Below are positions 20,520 through 30,366 of a stretch of 64,000 nucleotides of DNA, in pieces (within the stretch, counting starts at the first letter, position 1; each line of letters starts with the position of its first letter). The stretch covers positions 384,001 through 448,000 of the forward strand of contig CAVWEH010000005.1 in assembly GCA_963753975.1 (NCBI GenBank), written 5' to 3'. The stretch comes from an uncultured delta proteobacterium. Its GTDB lineage: Bacteria; Desulfobacterota; Syntrophia; Syntrophales; Smithellaceae. The notes beneath the pieces are model-generated. The model was given only the letters and a program-made list of their open reading frames with translations, was not told the DNA's origin and did no database searches. The position numbers and the translations under genes were made by a program.

Positions 20520-22331
20520 TCAGACGCTTCCATCACTTTTTTCTTTTTCATCACCGGGAATGGCCGGTTCTTTTGGCTCCGATGCTACAACCGTTTCTTT
20601 GGCTTCGGTCTGTGTAATAACCAGCGGACCCGCTTCGAGAGGACGAGATGGCATCGCCGGCAAGTTTTCGTGAGCGTCTGTTACCGGCCCAATAGCTGGC
20701 AGAGAATCATTTGTTTTCATTTCTGCCGTTCTTCTTTTCTTGTGCCGAGGCCTGCGGCGACTTTTCTTTTTCGCCGGTTCTTTGTGCTCATCTTTTAATG
20801 CCGAATTTTCGGCTGTTTTCAAAGGAAGATCTTCCTGTACGGCCGGCTTTTCCACAACTTGTTCCTTGATGATTTGCTGTATGTCCAGCTTGTCCCAGGG
20901 CATCTCCGTACTGCCGGAAATATGCAAGTTGAGCCCAAAAGTCGTCTCCAGATTTAAAATTTCATTTCTTTTTTGATTGAGAATGTAACCCGCGATTTCA
21001 TGCGGTAAAATTATTCTCAATTCGGAATAAATACCTTTGACCGCTTCTGATTCAATTTTACGGAATGCCCCCAGTGCGGCATATTCCAAAGATGGACGCA
21101 GGCCGCTGCCTTTGCAATAAGGACAAGTTGTATAACTGATTTCCTGAATCGTTGATTGTTTCTTTTGCCGCGATAATTCCAGCATTCCAAATTTAGAAAT
21201 GCGTGAAAGCTGGATTCTAGCCCTGTCAATGCTCAGCGCTTTTTTGAACGATTTTTCCACTTCGGCAACATGCTTTTTATCGATCATGTCAATAAAATCG
21301 ATTACGATAAGCCCGCCTAAATCCCGTAAACGCAATTGCCGGGCAATTTCTTCGCTGGCTTCAATATTGGTCTTATAAGCAGTTTCCTCAATTGTTCGCT
21401 TGTTGGAACCGCGGCCGGAATTTACATCTATTGTAATCATGGCTTCCGTCGGATTGATAACGATATACCCGCCGGATTTTAATTCCACGCGCTCCTGATA
21501 GATAACACGTATTTGTTCTTCCAGCTGAAAGCTCTCGAAAATGGGATTTTTTTCTTTATACTGCTTGATCATTCTTACATTGCGGGGAGCGACAGCCTTC
21601 AAATAGGCGCGCATTTTGCGGAAAGTTTCATAGTCATCAACCAGAATTTCATCAATTTCCGGCGTTAAATAGTCGCGTAAACTGCGCACGCCAAAGTCGG
21701 TCTCCTGATAAATTAACAAAGGCGCGTTACTTTTACTTGCCTTCTTGTATATTTCTTTCCACAGGCGCATGAGGAGCTGATAATCGCGCAAAATTTCCTG
21801 TTTGGTGCGGTTGATGCCCGCTGTCCGCACTATAAATCCCATATTCTCCGGGACTTTAATTTGTTCCATGAGATTTTTGATTTTTTTTCGATCTTCTTCG
21901 CTTTCAATCTTTCGGGATATGCCACCGCCGGGTTTGTTGGGAAGCAGAACTAAATATCTGCCGGGAAGTGAAATGTAGGAAGTTAAAAGAGCTCCTTTGT
22001 TGCCGCTTGCTTCCCTTACAGCCTGGACGATGATTTCCTGCCCTGCTTTGAGGATGGATTTGGCGCCAGTCTGAGGATTTTCCTGTTCGGTAAAATATTC
22101 GGGACTTACATCTTTAAGAGGGAGGAAACCATCCTTAACTCCTCCATAATTAACAAAAGCCGCCTGCAGACCCCGTTCAACTTTCAGCACTTTGCCTTTG
22201 TAAATATTGCCTATAATCGGTTCTTTTACCGACATCTGAATGTTGAATTCAATGAGCTTGCCCTTTTCATTAACGGTTGCCATGCGCATCTGTTCTTTAT
22301 GAACAGCGTTAACGAGCATGATATGTTTCAT
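20520..22331 (-). CDS. rne: Rne/Rng family ribonuclease
   Basis: GNIYKGKV S1 domain, AAFVNYG, IDVNSG, RLRDLGGLIVIDFIDM, CPYCKGSG Zn-link, basic disordered tail; likely ATG at 22331. Confidence 0.9.
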   Translation of the reverse strand: MKHIMLVNAVHKEQMRMATVNEKGKLIEFNIQMSVKEPIIGNIYKGKVLKVERGLQAAFVNYGGVKDGFLPLKDVSPEYFTEQENPQTGAKSILKAGQEIIVQAVREASGNKGALLTSYISLPGRYLVLLPNKPGGGISRKIESEEDRKKIKNLMEQIKVPENMGFIVRTAGINRTKQEILRDYQLLMRLWKEIYKKASKSNAPLLIYQETDFGVRSLRDYLTPEIDEILVDDYETFRKMRAYLKAVAPRNVRMIKQYKEKNPIFESFQLEEQIRVIYQERVELKSGGYIVINPTEAMITIDVNSGRGSNKRTIEETAYKTNIEASEEIARQLRLRDLGGLIVIDFIDMIDKKHVAEVEKSFKKALSIDRARIQLSRISKFGMLELSRQKKQSTIQEISYTTCPYCKGSGLRPSLEYAALGAFRKIESEAVKGIYSELRIILPHEIAGYILNQKRNEILNLETTFGLNLHISGSTEMPWDKLDIQQIIKEQVVEKPAVQEDLPLKTAENSALKDEHKEPAKKKSRRRPRHKKRRTAEMKTNDSLPAIGPVTDAHENLPAMPSRPLEAGPLVITQTEAKETVVASEPKEPAIPGDEKEKSDGSV

Positions 22332-22432
22332 AAATGTCCTTTTCGGCCGGCGGCGGCTTTCGCCCGTTTTGGATCGGGCACAGGCTTCCCGAAGCCTATT
22401 TGCCAATAAAGCAGCATGCGACCTTTTTTATT

Positions 22433-23038
22433 TTAAAGAAAGGCGCTGATATCGCCTTTTCCAATTCTAATAATTTCGATATTGTCATCAACAAGACTGA
22501 TGACACTCGAAGGTTCGGGTATAATATTACCACCGTCGATAATTAAATCAACCACCCGATCAAAATATTCCTTGATCGCATAAGGATCACCTAAATCTTC
22601 GCCGTCCGCTGTCTTTACACTGGTGCTGATTATCGGCTGACCCAATTCTCTCACCAGCGCCAGACAAATTTGATTATCGGGGACTCTGATTCCCGTTGTC
22701 GACCTTTTCGGCAAAATGATTTTCGGCACCAGGCGCGATGCTTCCAAAATAAAAGTGTAAGCTCCCGGCAAAAGCCGTTTCATTGTTTTATAGGCATAGT
22801 CGGTAACTTTGGCGTACTGACTGATGTGCTTGAGATCCGAGCAGACAAAGCTCAAAGGTTTCTTTTTGTTTCTTTTTTTCAGTTCGTAAATTCTTTCGAT
22901 TCCCTTTTTATTAGATAAATCACAACCCAAGCCGTAAACCGTGTCGGTAGGATAAATTATTATTCCTCCATCACGTAATACCTCCACGGCTCGTCTAATA
23001 AGGCGCGGCTGCGGATTCTGGTTGTTAATGGACAACAT
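22433..23038 (-). CDS. Sua5/YciO/YrdC family protein (YciO-like)
   Basis: NPQPRLI, YPTDTVYGLGC, LPGAYTFIL, GIRVPDN, PIISTS. Confidence 0.9.
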   Translation of the reverse strand: MLSINNQNPQPRLIRRAVEVLRDGGIIIYPTDTVYGLGCDLSNKKGIERIYELKKRNKKKPLSFVCSDLKHISQYAKVTDYAYKTMKRLLPGAYTFILEASRLVPKIILPKRSTTGIRVPDNQICLALVRELGQPIISTSVKTADGEDLGDPYAIKEYFDRVVDLIIDGGNIIPEPSSVISLVDDNIEIIRIGKGDISAFL

Positions 23039-23144
23039 GGCTAAATTCCCGATTATTTGTCCTCGTTGGCAACTGCATATACCAAGAAATCAGCTCTTTG
23101 ACAATTAAAACTTATCAAAATAATTGAGAAAAACCAGCATGGTA

Positions 23145-24728
23145 CTATTTGCCATTCATCTTGTCCTTGCTTAATTTGTATTCGATACTATCGACCAGAG
23201 CCTGCCAGCTCGCCTCGATAATATTTTCAGAGACGCCGATAGTGCTCCAGACATCTTCTCCATCCGTGGAATCCAAAAGCACCCGGACGCTCGCGGCCGT
23301 GCCTTCCGATCCTTCCAGCGTGCGCACCTTAAAATCGACAAGGTGCATCTCTTTTATTTGCGGATAAAATTTTGTGAGTGCTTTGCGCAGAGCGTGATCC
23401 AGAGCATTCACCGGACCATTTCCTTCGGCCGCAGTTAATTCTTCCTCACCGTCGACTGATATTTTAATCGTAGCCTGGGAAAGACAGGGTTTATCTTCGG
23501 TGCGCGAAGTAACAACATTAAAACTCTCCAGAGTAAAGGGCTCGATAAACTCACCAATTGCCTTCTTAATCAAGACAGAAAGCGAACCGTCGGCAGAATC
23601 AAACTGAAAACCGCGGTCCTCCATAAGCTTGACTTCATGCACTATTTTTTTACTGAGAGCATCATTTTTGGCGAGGTTGATGCCCAATTCCCTGGCCTTG
23701 TATTCGACATTGCTCTTGCCCGCCAGATCGGAAACCAGAACGCGTCTGTGGTTTCCGACAAGTTCCGGCTGAATATGCTCGTAGGCCATGGAGTTTTTCA
23801 CCACGGCACTGACGTGCACTCCGCCTTTGTGCGCAAAAGCGCTGCGTCCCACAAACGGCCGCGAATTAAGCGGCGGAACATTAGCGACGTCGCTTACATA
23901 ATGAGAGAGGTTCGTCAGTTGCCGGATAGATTCGGCCGGCAAACAATTCTTGCCGAGTTTGAGCTGCAAATTGGCAATAACGGGAATTAAGTCGGCATTG
24001 CCGCATCTTTCGCCGTAACCATTTATCGTTCCCTGAACCATCTTAACACCTTCCTTTACTGCGGCAATGGAGTTAGCGATGGCCAGACCGCAGTCGTTAT
24101 GAGTATGGATTCCGGCTATATTTAAAGGGATATGAGCAGATATCTTTTTTAAGATGTCGCTGATCTCATCAGGCATAGAACCGCCGTTGGTATCGCAAAA
24201 AACTATCATGTCCGCGCCGGCGGCAAGCGCCGTTTTCACAACTTTGATCGCATAGCGGGGATTATTTTTATAGCCGTCGAAAAAATGTTCGGCGTCAAAA
24301 AGCGCTTCTTTGTCCATTGATTTCAGGTATTCGATCGAATCGGTAATCATGGCTAAATTCTCATCCAGATTTGTTTTAAGAATTTCGGTTACGTGCAGAT
24401 CCCAGGATTTCCCTACTATGGCGCAGGCAGGGGTACCGGCTTTAATCAGCGCCTTCAAATTGGGGCATGATTCCGGTTTCGTATGAGGTCGGCGCGTAGA
24501 GCCGAACGCCGTCAAACGGGAATTTTTAAATTTAACTTTTTTTGCCATTTCGAAAAAGCGCACGTCTTTGGGATTGGAACCAGGCCAGCCGCCTTCGATA
24601 TAATGGAAATGCGTTTCATCAATGCGCTGCGCTATGCGCAGTTTTTCTTCTGCCGAGAAATTGGTTTGCTCTCCCTGTGTCCCGTCCCGCAGAGTCGTAT
24701 CGTAAATCAAAATTTGATTTTTTGTCAT
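23145..24728 (-). CDS. cimA: Citramalate synthase
   Basis: DTTLRDGTQ, IEGGWPGSNPKD, AFGSTRR, GKSWDLHV, DAEHFFDG, AHKGGVH, SDLAGKSN: the bacterial CimA clade, not LeuA. Confidence 0.92.
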   Translation of the reverse strand: MTKNQILIYDTTLRDGTQGEQTNFSAEEKLRIAQRIDETHFHYIEGGWPGSNPKDVRFFEMAKKVKFKNSRLTAFGSTRRPHTKPESCPNLKALIKAGTPACAIVGKSWDLHVTEILKTNLDENLAMITDSIEYLKSMDKEALFDAEHFFDGYKNNPRYAIKVVKTALAAGADMIVFCDTNGGSMPDEISDILKKISAHIPLNIAGIHTHNDCGLAIANSIAAVKEGVKMVQGTINGYGERCGNADLIPVIANLQLKLGKNCLPAESIRQLTNLSHYVSDVANVPPLNSRPFVGRSAFAHKGGVHVSAVVKNSMAYEHIQPELVGNHRRVLVSDLAGKSNVEYKARELGINLAKNDALSKKIVHEVKLMEDRGFQFDSADGSLSVLIKKAIGEFIEPFTLESFNVVTSRTEDKPCLSQATIKISVDGEEELTAAEGNGPVNALDHALRKALTKFYPQIKEMHLVDFKVRTLEGSEGTAASVRVLLDSTDGEDVWSTIGVSENIIEASWQALVDSIEYKLSKDKMNGK

Positions 24729-24750
24729 TTTGTCCTCACTTTCAAAATCA

Positions 24751-24959
24751 CCGCTGGTGCGGGATCAATTCAACTAACAGATATTACTGTGCTGTGCTTG
24801 TAATATCTGAGTTTCATTGATTCGTCCAACAAACTCCAGTTGTAGATGACCTTCAGGTTATGTACTTTATTTCTGAAGTTTGGGTCTCATTACAGCTTAC
24901 AGATTTCAGTGCACCTATAGTGACCTTTAGGTTATGCGTTTCTGAAATCTGAGGTTCAC
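24751..24959 (-). repeat. Cluster A: three tandem hairpin repeat units plus tail hairpin
   Basis: Units TAATGARACY-stem-loop-stem-TTAGYYGAATT homologous to 26754-26846 and 38661-38952. Confidence 0.8.
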
Positions 24960-24997
24960 AAAAAAATCCGCTGCCCGGTTTCCCTGGCAGCGGATTT
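24960..24997 (-). terminator. Attenuator terminator upstream of cimA
   Basis: Minus strand AAATCCGCTGCC-AGGGAAACCG-GGCAGCGGATTTTTTT, 25 nt after the leader peptide stop. Confidence 0.85.
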
Positions 24998-25022
24998 CGA
25001 TTTCGTTTAATTGGAACTATGG

Positions 25023-25103
25023 CTATTCCACGACCAGGCCTCTTATGGGGAAGCTAATTATTATGATGCTGATTATAATTTCACCAATAGTGATTGCGTT
25101 CAT
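25023..25103 (-). CDS. Ile-rich leader peptide MNAITIGEIIISIIIISFPIRGLVVE (cimA attenuator)
   Basis: Hand-translated 26-codon ORF with 10 Ile codons (4 ATA), followed by a terminator and then cimA on the same strand. Confidence 0.8.
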   Translation of the reverse strand: MNAITIGEIIISIIIISFPIRGLVVE

Positions 25104-25270
25104 ATCGCCAATAAACCTTCAATTTTGCTATATAATAATTTTTTAGTAGTATTTTGTCAATAGAAATAATTTTCATAATATTAAGCATTCCCGCCGACAA
25201 AGGAGATTTTAATGGAGCGAAAAATATGCTAGGCTGGCAAATAATAACTGAAATTAAAAAATGAGGAACC

Positions 25271-26215
25271 TTGTCAGTTCATCAGCATGCAAATCACAAT
25301 CATCCGGAATCGTCGTGGGGCAAACGTCTAATTGTTTCCATGGTCATGAATTTGATCATTCCGGCGGTGCAGATTTACGGCGGCATTATTTCCGGCAGTA
25401 TGGCGCTCATCAGCGATGCTCTCCATAACCTAAGCGATTTTATTTCTCTGGTCATCAATTACGCCGCACTGCTGATCGGTAAACGCGGCCCCACATACAA
25501 ACAAACATTCGGTTATAAGCGCATCGAGATCTTTGCCACATTGATAAGTGTAGTGCTTTTATACTGCACCAGCGTCTATATTGCTCTGGAGGCCTGGCAG
25601 AGATTCCTCCGTCCCCAAACTATAGCCGGTGAGATTGTTATCTGGATTGCTCTTTTGGGATTTGCCGGGAATATTACTTCTGCATTGATGCTGCGCTCCG
25701 GCTCGAAAGTCAATTTGAACATGAAGAGCGCTTTTTTGCATATGCTCAGTGATGCCGCAACTTCTTTAATCGTTGCCCTTCTGGGGATTGTCTGGATTTT
25801 CCGTCCCTGGTTCTGGCTTGATCCGGTATTCTCCTGGTTAATTGTCGGATTGATATTATACAGCGGCTGGAACCTGCTCAAAGACAGTTTTCTGATTCTG
25901 ATGAATGCCACGCCGCCGGGAATCGACCTTGCCGAAATTCAAAATGCTCTGGAATCCCTCGAAGGCGTCAGCGAAATTCACGACCTGCATGTTTGGAATC
26001 CATCGGCTCAAAATATTGCCCTGGCTGTGCACATAACCGTGCCCGATCAAATGCTGCTCAAAGTTGACGATTTGGCAACAAAAGTAAGGGCAATTCTTTT
26101 AGCAAAATTTAAAATTAATCATCCGACTTTGCAGTTTGAATGCAAGACTTGTAAAAACGGGAATCTTTTGTGCTCTATTCCGGAAAACGGACAGGAAAAT
26201 CATAAACATGATTAA
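25271..26215 (+). CDS. Cation diffusion facilitator (CzcD/ZitB-like)
   Basis: SMALISDALHNLSD, TFGYKRIE, AFLHMLSD, IHDLHVW, HPTLQFE; His-rich termini. Confidence 0.92.
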   Translation: MSVHQHANHNHPESSWGKRLIVSMVMNLIIPAVQIYGGIISGSMALISDALHNLSDFISLVINYAALLIGKRGPTYKQTFGYKRIEIFATLISVVLLYCTSVYIALEAWQRFLRPQTIAGEIVIWIALLGFAGNITSALMLRSGSKVNLNMKSAFLHMLSDAATSLIVALLGIVWIFRPWFWLDPVFSWLIVGLILYSGWNLLKDSFLILMNATPPGIDLAEIQNALESLEGVSEIHDLHVWNPSAQNIALAVHITVPDQMLLKVDDLATKVRAILLAKFKINHPTLQFECKTCKNGNLLCSIPENGQENHKHD

Positions 26216-26226
26216 GGAGGTAAAAT

Positions 26227-26679
26227 ATGGCCGAGTCTTTCCAGTCACGAATAAAGCGCTGGGGCTTTAATTTCTTTCCTGTTTACCGCCGGACAGGAGC
26301 GCGCATCACCTACATTTCCGGCGATTGGCAGGAAGCCCGCATCAAGCTGCCGTTAAATTGGAAAACAAGAAATTATGTCGGCACCATCTTCGGCGGCAGT
26401 ATGTACGCGGCAGTCGATCCCCTTTACATGGTTATGTTTATTAAACTGCTGGGGCCGGAATATATAGTTTGGGATAAAGCGGCGAAAATCCAGTTTAAAC
26501 AGCCCGGCCGTTCTACACTGCAGGCGAAATTTAAGATCGCCGTGGCCGAACTTAATTACATCCGTAAAACACTTAAAACGCAAAGCAAGTTAGACCGCAC
26601 CTATCAAATTGAGCTGATTGATGAAGAAAACAATGTCTGTGCGGTAGTCGAAAAAATAATTCATTTTAAGAGAAAATAA
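26227..26679 (+). CDS. Hotdog-fold thioesterase-like protein (DUF4442)
   Basis: TRNYVGTIFGGSMYAAVDP, VWDKAA motifs. Confidence 0.8.
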   Translation: MAESFQSRIKRWGFNFFPVYRRTGARITYISGDWQEARIKLPLNWKTRNYVGTIFGGSMYAAVDPLYMVMFIKLLGPEYIVWDKAAKIQFKQPGRSTLQAKFKIAVAELNYIRKTLKTQSKLDRTYQIELIDEENNVCAVVEKIIHFKRK

Positions 26680-26753
26680 TTGATAACGATTAGATATTAA
26701 ATACAAATTTTTTGTGAGGTGTTATGCTAAAAGTATTGCGGCGTTTGCAATAT

Positions 26754-26846
26754 TAATGAGACCCAAGCTTCAGAAATAAAATGCATAACCTGAAGGTCAT
26801 CTACGACTGGAGTTTGCTGGACGAATTATCCTGCAAAGCGGAGGGG
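26754..26846 (+). repeat. Cluster B: single hairpin repeat unit plus tail
   Basis: Near-identical to the reverse complement of about 24818-24892. Confidence 0.85.
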
Positions 26847-26883
26847 CGAAGACCCGTGGTAGCACTGATCCATATAAACACTG

Positions 26884-27547
26884 TTAGCAGGTAACCATAA
26901 ATATGGATTTATTAAATTACTTTATAAACGACCCACTACGTATATTAACGGTAATTGGTGGCACTGGAGGTCTTCTCTACTGGTATGATCGTTTTAAAAA
27001 CAGATCGCGAATAAAAATACGATTACTCGCAGATGGTCTTGTTCCTAGTTATCGTGATAACAAAAATTACATTTCATTTGAAGCAGAAAACTTCGGATCA
27101 GCACCTGTGTCACTAGAACCTGATGTTTTATTAAAGGGAATCTTACCTATTGTGTTGCGAATAAAATCTAATAAAAGGCTCAAATGGAGCAATTATAATT
27201 TTAAAATAGAAACCAGCGAACGCTCACTTCCACCACACCAGCCTAAAACATTTAAAGCAGTCTGTGACTGTAAGAATTCGGAAACCGCTTTTCTATGGTT
27301 TATAATATACACATTTTCACCGACACTTGGGCGTGCACGAAGAATTCGACTTCGGTCTGCGAGTGGCAATAAATTATCATATGCGCGTTATATTTGTGAA
27401 ATTGCGTTGTACATCGTATTTAATAAACTTAACATAGAGGAGAAAGTAAAATAATCCTCTTTGCGCAATCAGAACTAAGGCAAAAAACTGCTAACAAATC
27501 GCCAAAGCCGATCGCAGCCCGCTGGGCTGCTCCGGTTTAGCTTTTCG
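26884..27547 (+). mobile_element. Solo integron gene cassette
   Basis: Starts G/TTAGCAG (26883), one AT-rich ORF with a very short leader, then an attC whose R'' CTGCTAAC is the exact complement of the start. Confidence 0.75.
26903..27454 (+). CDS. Hypothetical cassette protein (N-terminal TM)
   Basis: 183-aa AT-rich ORF; no family recognised. Confidence 0.65.
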   Translation: MDLLNYFINDPLRILTVIGGTGGLLYWYDRFKNRSRIKIRLLADGLVPSYRDNKNYISFEAENFGSAPVSLEPDVLLKGILPIVLRIKSNKRLKWSNYNFKIETSERSLPPHQPKTFKAVCDCKNSETAFLWFIIYTFSPTLGRARRIRLRSASGNKLSYARYICEIALYIVFNKLNIEEKVK

Positions 27548-27553
27548 TTAAAA
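27489..27553 (+). other. attC recombination site
   Basis: TGCTAAC-AAATC-GCCAAAGCCG...GCAGCCC/GGGCTGC...CCGGTTTAGC-TTTTC-GTTAAAA. Confidence 0.75.
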
Positions 27554-27582
27554 AACAGATTTTTTCTATTTTGACAATAACC

Positions 27583-27988
27583 TTAATCAAGCAAACGCTT
27601 TTGTCCGGTAATCGCTTGTATGTCGGTTATGTTTTGCGAAACTTCCAAGCACCCCAAATATTTGCCTGCCACATCCCTCAGCGCATAATATTCTATCAAT
27701 ACTTTTTGGGGAGTGTCTTTACCCTGCATGGGTAAATCAATCCAGAATCGGGCGCTATTTCTTTTACAGGCTTTCATCTGGGCCAAAATCGTCTCCACTT
27801 TATTCAAACTGCTTTGGGGATGACAATCCCGCACATCGCGGCCTACCGCACCCTTAGGCCTTTTGAATATTCTGGTTTCATGCTTATTCCACGCCAGTAC
27901 TTTATCGTTTTTATCTACCACCGAAAAATCCACAGGAATTGTTTCCAGCAATGCTTCCAAATACATTTTTATCTAATTCACCAATCAT
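27583..27988 (-). CDS. Stand-alone PAS domain protein (PAS_10-like), apparent frameshift near the start
   Basis: RIFKRP..VGRDVRDCHP, YYALRD..GKYLGCLEVSQNIT. SD GGAGG precedes ATG 27988, which is out of frame with 27966 by one base in an A run. Confidence 0.75.
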
Positions 27989-28114
27989 GTTTGACCTCCA
28001 AATAGTTATTATCAAATAATAAAATGCTGACACATGATAATCAATTTGCCGTCACCGAAAAATATATGCGGCAAATTCTTAGCAATTTCGAAATAGCAAA
28101 AAATCGTTCTTTTC

Positions 28115-29236
28115 TTAATCCAGCCGTTTTCTGAAGCGCGCTATCGCGCCGGAAAAAACAAGCGTCCCCAGAACAGCCAGCGCCACGTATTGCGGCCAGA
28201 GGACTTCCAGGGCCACGCCTTTAAGGAAAATTCCGCGGATAATGACCAGAAAATAGCGCAAAGGATTAAGAAGGGTAAGCCACTGGACAAATGTGGGCAT
28301 ATTGGCAATGGGGAAGACAAAGCCGCTCAACATAAAAAACGGCATGATAAAAAAGAAAGTGGTCATCATCGCCTGCTGTTGCGTGGCGGAAATTGTGGAA
28401 ATGAAAAGCCCCACGCCCAGAGTGCTCAGCAAAAATAAACAGGAGGCAAAAAATAAAAGCACAATACTGCCTTTTAAAGGGATTTCAAACCAGTAGATGG
28501 CAACGACAATTATCGCCGACAATTGCGCCAGAGAAATAATTATGTACGGAATTGTCTTGCCGACAATTAATTCGGAAGCTTTTAGCGGCGTTACGATTAG
28601 TTGCTCCATCGTGCCCGCTTCCTTTTCCCGAATAATGGCAATCGATGTCAAAAGCAAGGAGATAAGCATGATTAAAAAGGCGACAATGCCCGGAACAAAG
28701 AAGTATTGGCTGTCCAGATTAGGGTTATACCAGGTGCGAATGCGCGCATCGATTTTACCGTAACTCATTTGCTGCGGATACAATTCACGGATGGTATCGC
28801 GGTTAAACTTATCGATTACCGTGGCAGTGTAAGCCATGCGCATGGAGGCCATGTTGCTCATCGAACCGTCGGCAATGATTTGAACCGCTGCCGTTTGGCC
28901 TTTGCGGATAATGCCCGCGAAATCTGGACCGATTGTAATGCCCATATCAACTTTCCCCCGCAACAGAAGCTCTTCTATCTGGTTTTCGTCGGCTGCGTAA
29001 TGAGTGATATGGAAAATGTTGCTGCCTACAAAAGCGTCAACGAGTTTGCGGCTTTCATAAGTCTGGGAATAATCAACAAGGGCAACGTGAATATTACGGA
29101 TATCATAATTGACCACATAGCCGAAAACGAGCATCTGGATAAAGGGAGCGACGAAAAGAGTTACCCGGTTTCGCTTATCGCGAAAGAGCTGGATGAATTC
29201 TTTGCGTACTAATTCCTTGATCCTCAGCCAGCTCAT
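28115..29236 (-). CDS. ABC-2 type permease (YbhR-like)
   Basis: KEFIQLFRD, WYNPNL, FVPG, REKEAGTMEQL, LSGFVFPIANMP; likely start MSWLRIK. Confidence 0.9.
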   Translation of the reverse strand: MSWLRIKELVRKEFIQLFRDKRNRVTLFVAPFIQMLVFGYVVNYDIRNIHVALVDYSQTYESRKLVDAFVGSNIFHITHYAADENQIEELLLRGKVDMGITIGPDFAGIIRKGQTAAVQIIADGSMSNMASMRMAYTATVIDKFNRDTIRELYPQQMSYGKIDARIRTWYNPNLDSQYFFVPGIVAFLIMLISLLLTSIAIIREKEAGTMEQLIVTPLKASELIVGKTIPYIIISLAQLSAIIVVAIYWFEIPLKGSIVLLFFASCLFLLSTLGVGLFISTISATQQQAMMTTFFFIMPFFMLSGFVFPIANMPTFVQWLTLLNPLRYFLVIIRGIFLKGVALEVLWPQYVALAVLGTLVFSGAIARFRKRLD

Positions 29237-30366
29237 AGGCCTTCCTTTTTCAACAACAAATAGTTCAGTGATGTCAGCAAGATAAAAATAAACAGCAAAA
29301 CCGCCATACTCGGCCATAGGTAGGAAAATCCTGTATCGCGCAGATAGATGCCGCCTAAAATATCAATGTAGTATCTTGCCGGAACGATATAGGTTATAAC
29401 CTGCAAAAATTTAGGCATATTAATTATCGGAAAAACAAAATTAGAAAGAAGAACTGAAGGCAAATACGTGGTTAGAATTGCCACTTGATTGGCAATCAGT
29501 TGTGATTTTGTCGTCGTGGATATAAGCAAACCCAGCGATAGCGCCACGCCCAGATAAAGAGATGTAGCGACCATCATCAGGAAAAAATTGCCTTTCATCA
29601 CCACCCCAAAAAGGAGTTGCCCTAAAAGCATGGCGATTAAAACGTCGGTAAGCCCAATGAAAAAATAAGGGAAAGCCTTTCCCAATAGTAATTCCCCTGC
29701 CTTTACCGGCAGCGATTTAATCGTTTCCATTGTTCCATTTTCATATTCACGCGCGATGATGAGCGAGGTCAAAAGAGCGCCGACGATCATAATGATGATG
29801 GCGATGATTCCCGGTATAATGAAATTGCGGCTTTCCAAATCTTCGTTGAACCAGATGCGGATGCGTCCATCCACAGGAGGCATTATTTTTTCCATACCCT
29901 GGCGGTTGAGAAAGGAAAGCAGCAGTTTCTGATTGTATTGCTCGGTAAAAGCCGTCAAATAGCCGCGGATGATGCCGGCAAAATTAGGATCGCTCCCTTC
30001 AATCAAGATTTGTAACGGAGCTTCTCTATCGGCATGAATGTTTTTCATGAAATCGGGCGGAATAATAATGGCAACTGCCGCGGTATCACGGTCGAGATAA
30101 TAAACGGCATCTTTTGTCTGATTGAGCTGCGCGGCAATATGGAAATAAGGGGAAGCATCAAGTTTGCTGATGAAATCGCGGCTGAATTCCGATTTATCAT
30201 AATCAATAACAACCGTCTCCACGTTATCCACATCGAGGCTCAGTGCATAACCGAAAAGAATGATTAAAATTAGAGGAATGGCAAACGCCAGATAAAGACT
30301 GCGGTAGTCCCGGATCAGATGATAAATTTCTTTGCGGATAAGGGCTTTGAGCCTCAGTAAATTCAA
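29233..30366 (-). CDS. ABC-2 type permease (YbhS-like)
   Basis: LFGYALSLDV, WFNEDLES, AREYENGTME. Confidence 0.9.
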   Translation of the reverse strand: MNLLRLKALIRKEIYHLIRDYRSLYLAFAIPLILIILFGYALSLDVDNVETVVIDYDKSEFSRDFISKLDASPYFHIAAQLNQTKDAVYYLDRDTAAVAIIIPPDFMKNIHADREAPLQILIEGSDPNFAGIIRGYLTAFTEQYNQKLLLSFLNRQGMEKIMPPVDGRIRIWFNEDLESRNFIIPGIIAIIIMIVGALLTSLIIAREYENGTMETIKSLPVKAGELLLGKAFPYFFIGLTDVLIAMLLGQLLFGVVMKGNFFLMMVATSLYLGVALSLGLLISTTTKSQLIANQVAILTTYLPSVLLSNFVFPIINMPKFLQVITYIVPARYYIDILGGIYLRDTGFSYLWPSMAVLLFIFILLTSLNYLLLKKEGL

